A DNA stretch of 64,000 nt from an uncultured Chloroflexia bacterium (lineage in GTDB: Bacteria; Chloroflexota; Limnocylindria; Limnocylindrales; CSP1-4), in contig CAVXPZ010000001.1 of the NCBI GenBank assembly GCA_963763775.1, positions 1,024,001-1,088,000 on the forward strand, given 5' to 3'. Position 1 is the first letter of the stretch; each line of letters begins with the position of its first letter. The position numbers and the translations under genes were made by a program. Below are positions 62,105 through 64,000 of the stretch, piece after piece. Under the pieces are notes generated by a model. That model saw only the letters and a list, made by a program, of their open reading frames with translations. It made no database searches and was not told the DNA's origin.

Positions 62105-62963
62105 GGAGGATCGGTCGCGTCATGCAGGTCGGCCCGCCCGACCCGTTGATCCCGATCTCGGTGGCCGGATACGTGTGGACCTCGCACCCGGCCGCCGCGA
62201 GCGCCGCCGCGGTGTGCGGATTGCCCTCGGCCAGGATGACCACGCCCGGGCGGACCGCCAGGACGTTGCAGCCGAGCGTCGGGAACTCCTCGTCGGGCAC
62301 GGTCACGAGCCTGATCCCCAGCTCGTCGAGCAACTGCCAGAGGCCCACCGGGAGCAGCGGCAGGAAGACCACGGCGAGGTCGTCGGCGACGGGCGAGATG
62401 ACCGACATCAGGTGGATGAGCTCGGCCGGGCCGCGCCAGTACGGCACGTCGAAGATCCGCACGTCGTCGCCCACGAGCGCCGCGAGCTGGCGCGCTCCCG
62501 CATCGTTGGTGCGCAGCGTCCGGCCGATACAGAAGAGATCCGGACGCAGCCAAAGCGTGTCGCCGCCCTCGACCGTGCCGGGCGCCTCGATCCGGCCGAT
62601 GGTCGGGATGCCCGCGGCTTGCGTCCAGGCCTCCAGCGCCGCCGGCTCCATGGCGCGGTTCGGCTTCCCGGGTCGGAGCGGGATGGCCCCGCGGTCGGTG
62701 ACCAGCAGCGGGTCGAACGTATAGACGAGGTCCGGACTGGCGATCTCGTCCTCGAGCACGTGGACCGTCGGCCCGAGTGAGACCAGCAGGTCGACGAACG
62801 CATCGTGCTCGCGACGAGCCACGTCCAGGTCGACCGGGTGCAGGAACCCGTGGGCCGGATCGTCGAACGCGGCCCCGAAGGCCGGCCCTGGCCGCTTCAC
62901 GAGCACGTCACGCAGCGGCGCGGACATGCTCTGGGCACCGAACGTCCGGGCGGTCGTGGTCAC
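62097..62963 (-). CDS. Amidinotransferase / arginine deiminase (DDAH-like) family protein
   Basis: EHDAF, PDLVYTFDP, VEGGD, RTN, HLMS, GGPTCMTRP; TATCCT 6 nt before GTG. Confidence 0.9.
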   Translation of the reverse strand: MTTTARTFGAQSMSAPLRDVLVKRPGPAFGAAFDDPAHGFLHPVDLDVARREHDAFVDLLVSLGPTVHVLEDEIASPDLVYTFDPLLVTDRGAIPLRPGKPNRAMEPAALEAWTQAAGIPTIGRIEAPGTVEGGDTLWLRPDLFCIGRTLRTNDAGARQLAALVGDDVRIFDVPYWRGPAELIHLMSVISPVADDLAVVFLPLLPVGLWQLLDELGIRLVTVPDEEFPTLGCNVLAVRPGVVILAEGNPHTAAALAAAGCEVHTYPATEIGINGSGGPTCMTRPILRG

Positions 62964-63076
62964 CGACGCAGGATAGCGAGCCGCGGAAGGCATGAAGCGA
63001 CGACCGGCGACGGTCATCCACGGACCCGCTCGAAGTCCCATTGGCGGGCATCACGAGCGGCTTGTACCCTTCGCCC

Positions 63077-63307
63077 ATGCCTGCCTACGCCGTGACGATG
63101 CGCATCCAGCCCGTCCGGCCCCACCGAGCCGAGCCGTCGCGCGCGTACGGCGAGCTCGCGAGCGCGAGCGATCGACACCCGACGGCCGAGGTCGTGGACC
63201 TCGTCGGGACCTCGATCGACGAGCGCGTCGCCGGCTGGTGGTCGGCTGTCGCCGAGACCTGGGCGCAGACGACGTTCTTCCTGTTCGACCCGGAGAGCTG
63301 GCGCTGA
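63077..63307 (+). CDS. Small hypothetical protein
   Basis: TACCCT 6 nt before ATG; C-terminal WAQTTFFLFDPESWR. Confidence 0.6.
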   Translation: MPAYAVTMRIQPVRPHRAEPSRAYGELASASDRHPTAEVVDLVGTSIDERVAGWWSAVAETWAQTTFFLFDPESWR

Positions 63308-64000
63308 AGACCGCTCCACGTCGCGCGGCCGCCCTCTCCGCCGTCGCCGCCGTGTTCGCGCTGCTCGTCTCGGTCGTCCCGGCCGGGGCAGCCAGCGCCC
63401 CCGTCCAGGGTGCCGCTCCCGCGGTCCCGGCCGCCGTCGGCGCGAGCCTCGTCCCGGTCGCCTCCGGCCTCGACCGCCCGGTGTTCGTCACGAACGCTCA
63501 TGACGGCTCTGATCGCCTCTTCGTCGTCGAGCAGCCCGGCCGGGTCCGGGTCATCGACAGCGGCGGCACGCTCCTCCCGACCCCGTTGCTGGACATCAGC
63601 AGCTCGGTGGCGTCGGGCGATGAACAGGGCCTCCTCGGCCTGGCGTTCCACCCGAAGTTCACGACCAACCGCAAGTTCTACGTCTATTTCACGAACGTGC
63701 GCGGCGACATCGCGGTGAACCAGTACCGGGTGTCGGCGTCGGATCCGAACGTCGTGGAGCCCGGCAGCGGGATCCGGATCATCACGATCGACCATCCCCC
63801 GGCGAGGAACCACAACGGCGGGATGCTGGCGTTCGGCAAGGACGGCTACCTGTACATCGGGACCGGGGACGGCGGGAGCGCCGGTGACCCCGGCAACCGC
63901 GCGCAGAACAAGGACGTCCTCCTTGGCAAGATCCTGCGCATCGATGTCGATCACGGCGGGGGCTCGCGGCACTACTCCAGCCCCAAGACCAACCCGTTCG
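63304..64000 (+). CDS. PQQ-dependent sugar dehydrogenase (GSDH family), partial; start uncertain
   Basis: Signal-like N-terminus, RLFVVEQPG, EQGLLGLAFHP, NHNGG, FGKDGYLYIGTGDGG, LLGKILRID. Confidence 0.9.
   Translation, partial: MKTAPRRAAALSAVAAVFALLVSVVPAGAASAPVQGAAPAVPAAVGASLVPVASGLDRPVFVTNAHDGSDRLFVVEQPGRVRVIDSGGTLLPTPLLDISSSVASGDEQGLLGLAFHPKFTTNRKFYVYFTNVRGDIAVNQYRVSASDPNVVEPGSGIRIITIDHPPARNHNGGMLAFGKDGYLYIGTGDGGSAGDPGNRAQNKDVLLGKILRIDVDHGGGSRHYSSPKTNPF

Noticed and set aside
46-63972. Numerous long Arg/Pro/Gly-rich ORFs in alternative and antisense frames (e.g. 11153-13576, 39489-41951, 46067-47992)
   Set aside because: Shadow ORFs expected in high-GC DNA; they overlap motif-supported genes and have no recognisable motifs
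1-64000. tRNA, rRNA, transposase, integrase or phage genes
   Set aside because: No recognisable signatures by eye; tRNAscan-SE, Infernal and ISEScan would be needed to exclude them formally

Overview
High-GC (roughly 70% by eye) bacterial chromosome segment. Gene content and style suggest a soil Chloroflexota/Actinobacteria-like organism (inference). The scattered indels look like long-read consensus errors. About 70 genes; no rRNA, tRNA, CRISPR, integrase or transposase seen. Main blocks: (1) 2.6-18.6 kb, a hypoxia/fermentation island with hemerythrin, an eRF1-domain-like protein, USP, GNAT, three CBS proteins, a group 3b [NiFe]-hydrogenase (beta and gamma subunits fused), a minimal maturation set (protease, atypical HypC, EamA, DUF6390-like) and a split NifJ-type 2-oxoacid:ferredoxin oxidoreductase. 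Its promoter regions carry DosR/OsdR-like palindromes. (2) msrA followed by two progressively decayed copies of its own 3' end, each closing a ~0.5-kb single-gene cassette and both starting with an identical 20-nt junction. This is a candidate integrase-less, polarised gene-cassette array and the most unusual signal in the window. (3) An accessory small-gene region, 24-34 kb. (4) Housekeeping and catabolic genes: eda, sugar kinase, kynU, galK, class A PBP, Mo-oxidoreductase, DUF3090/SCO1664, FAD oxidase/FGGY kinase, NEW3-ABC, aminotransferase, TM0106 nuclease-helicase, MFS, ArgE/amidinotransferase. Many genes appear leaderless (TANNNT 6-7 nt before the start codon). Family assignments come from motif recognition only; no searches were run.
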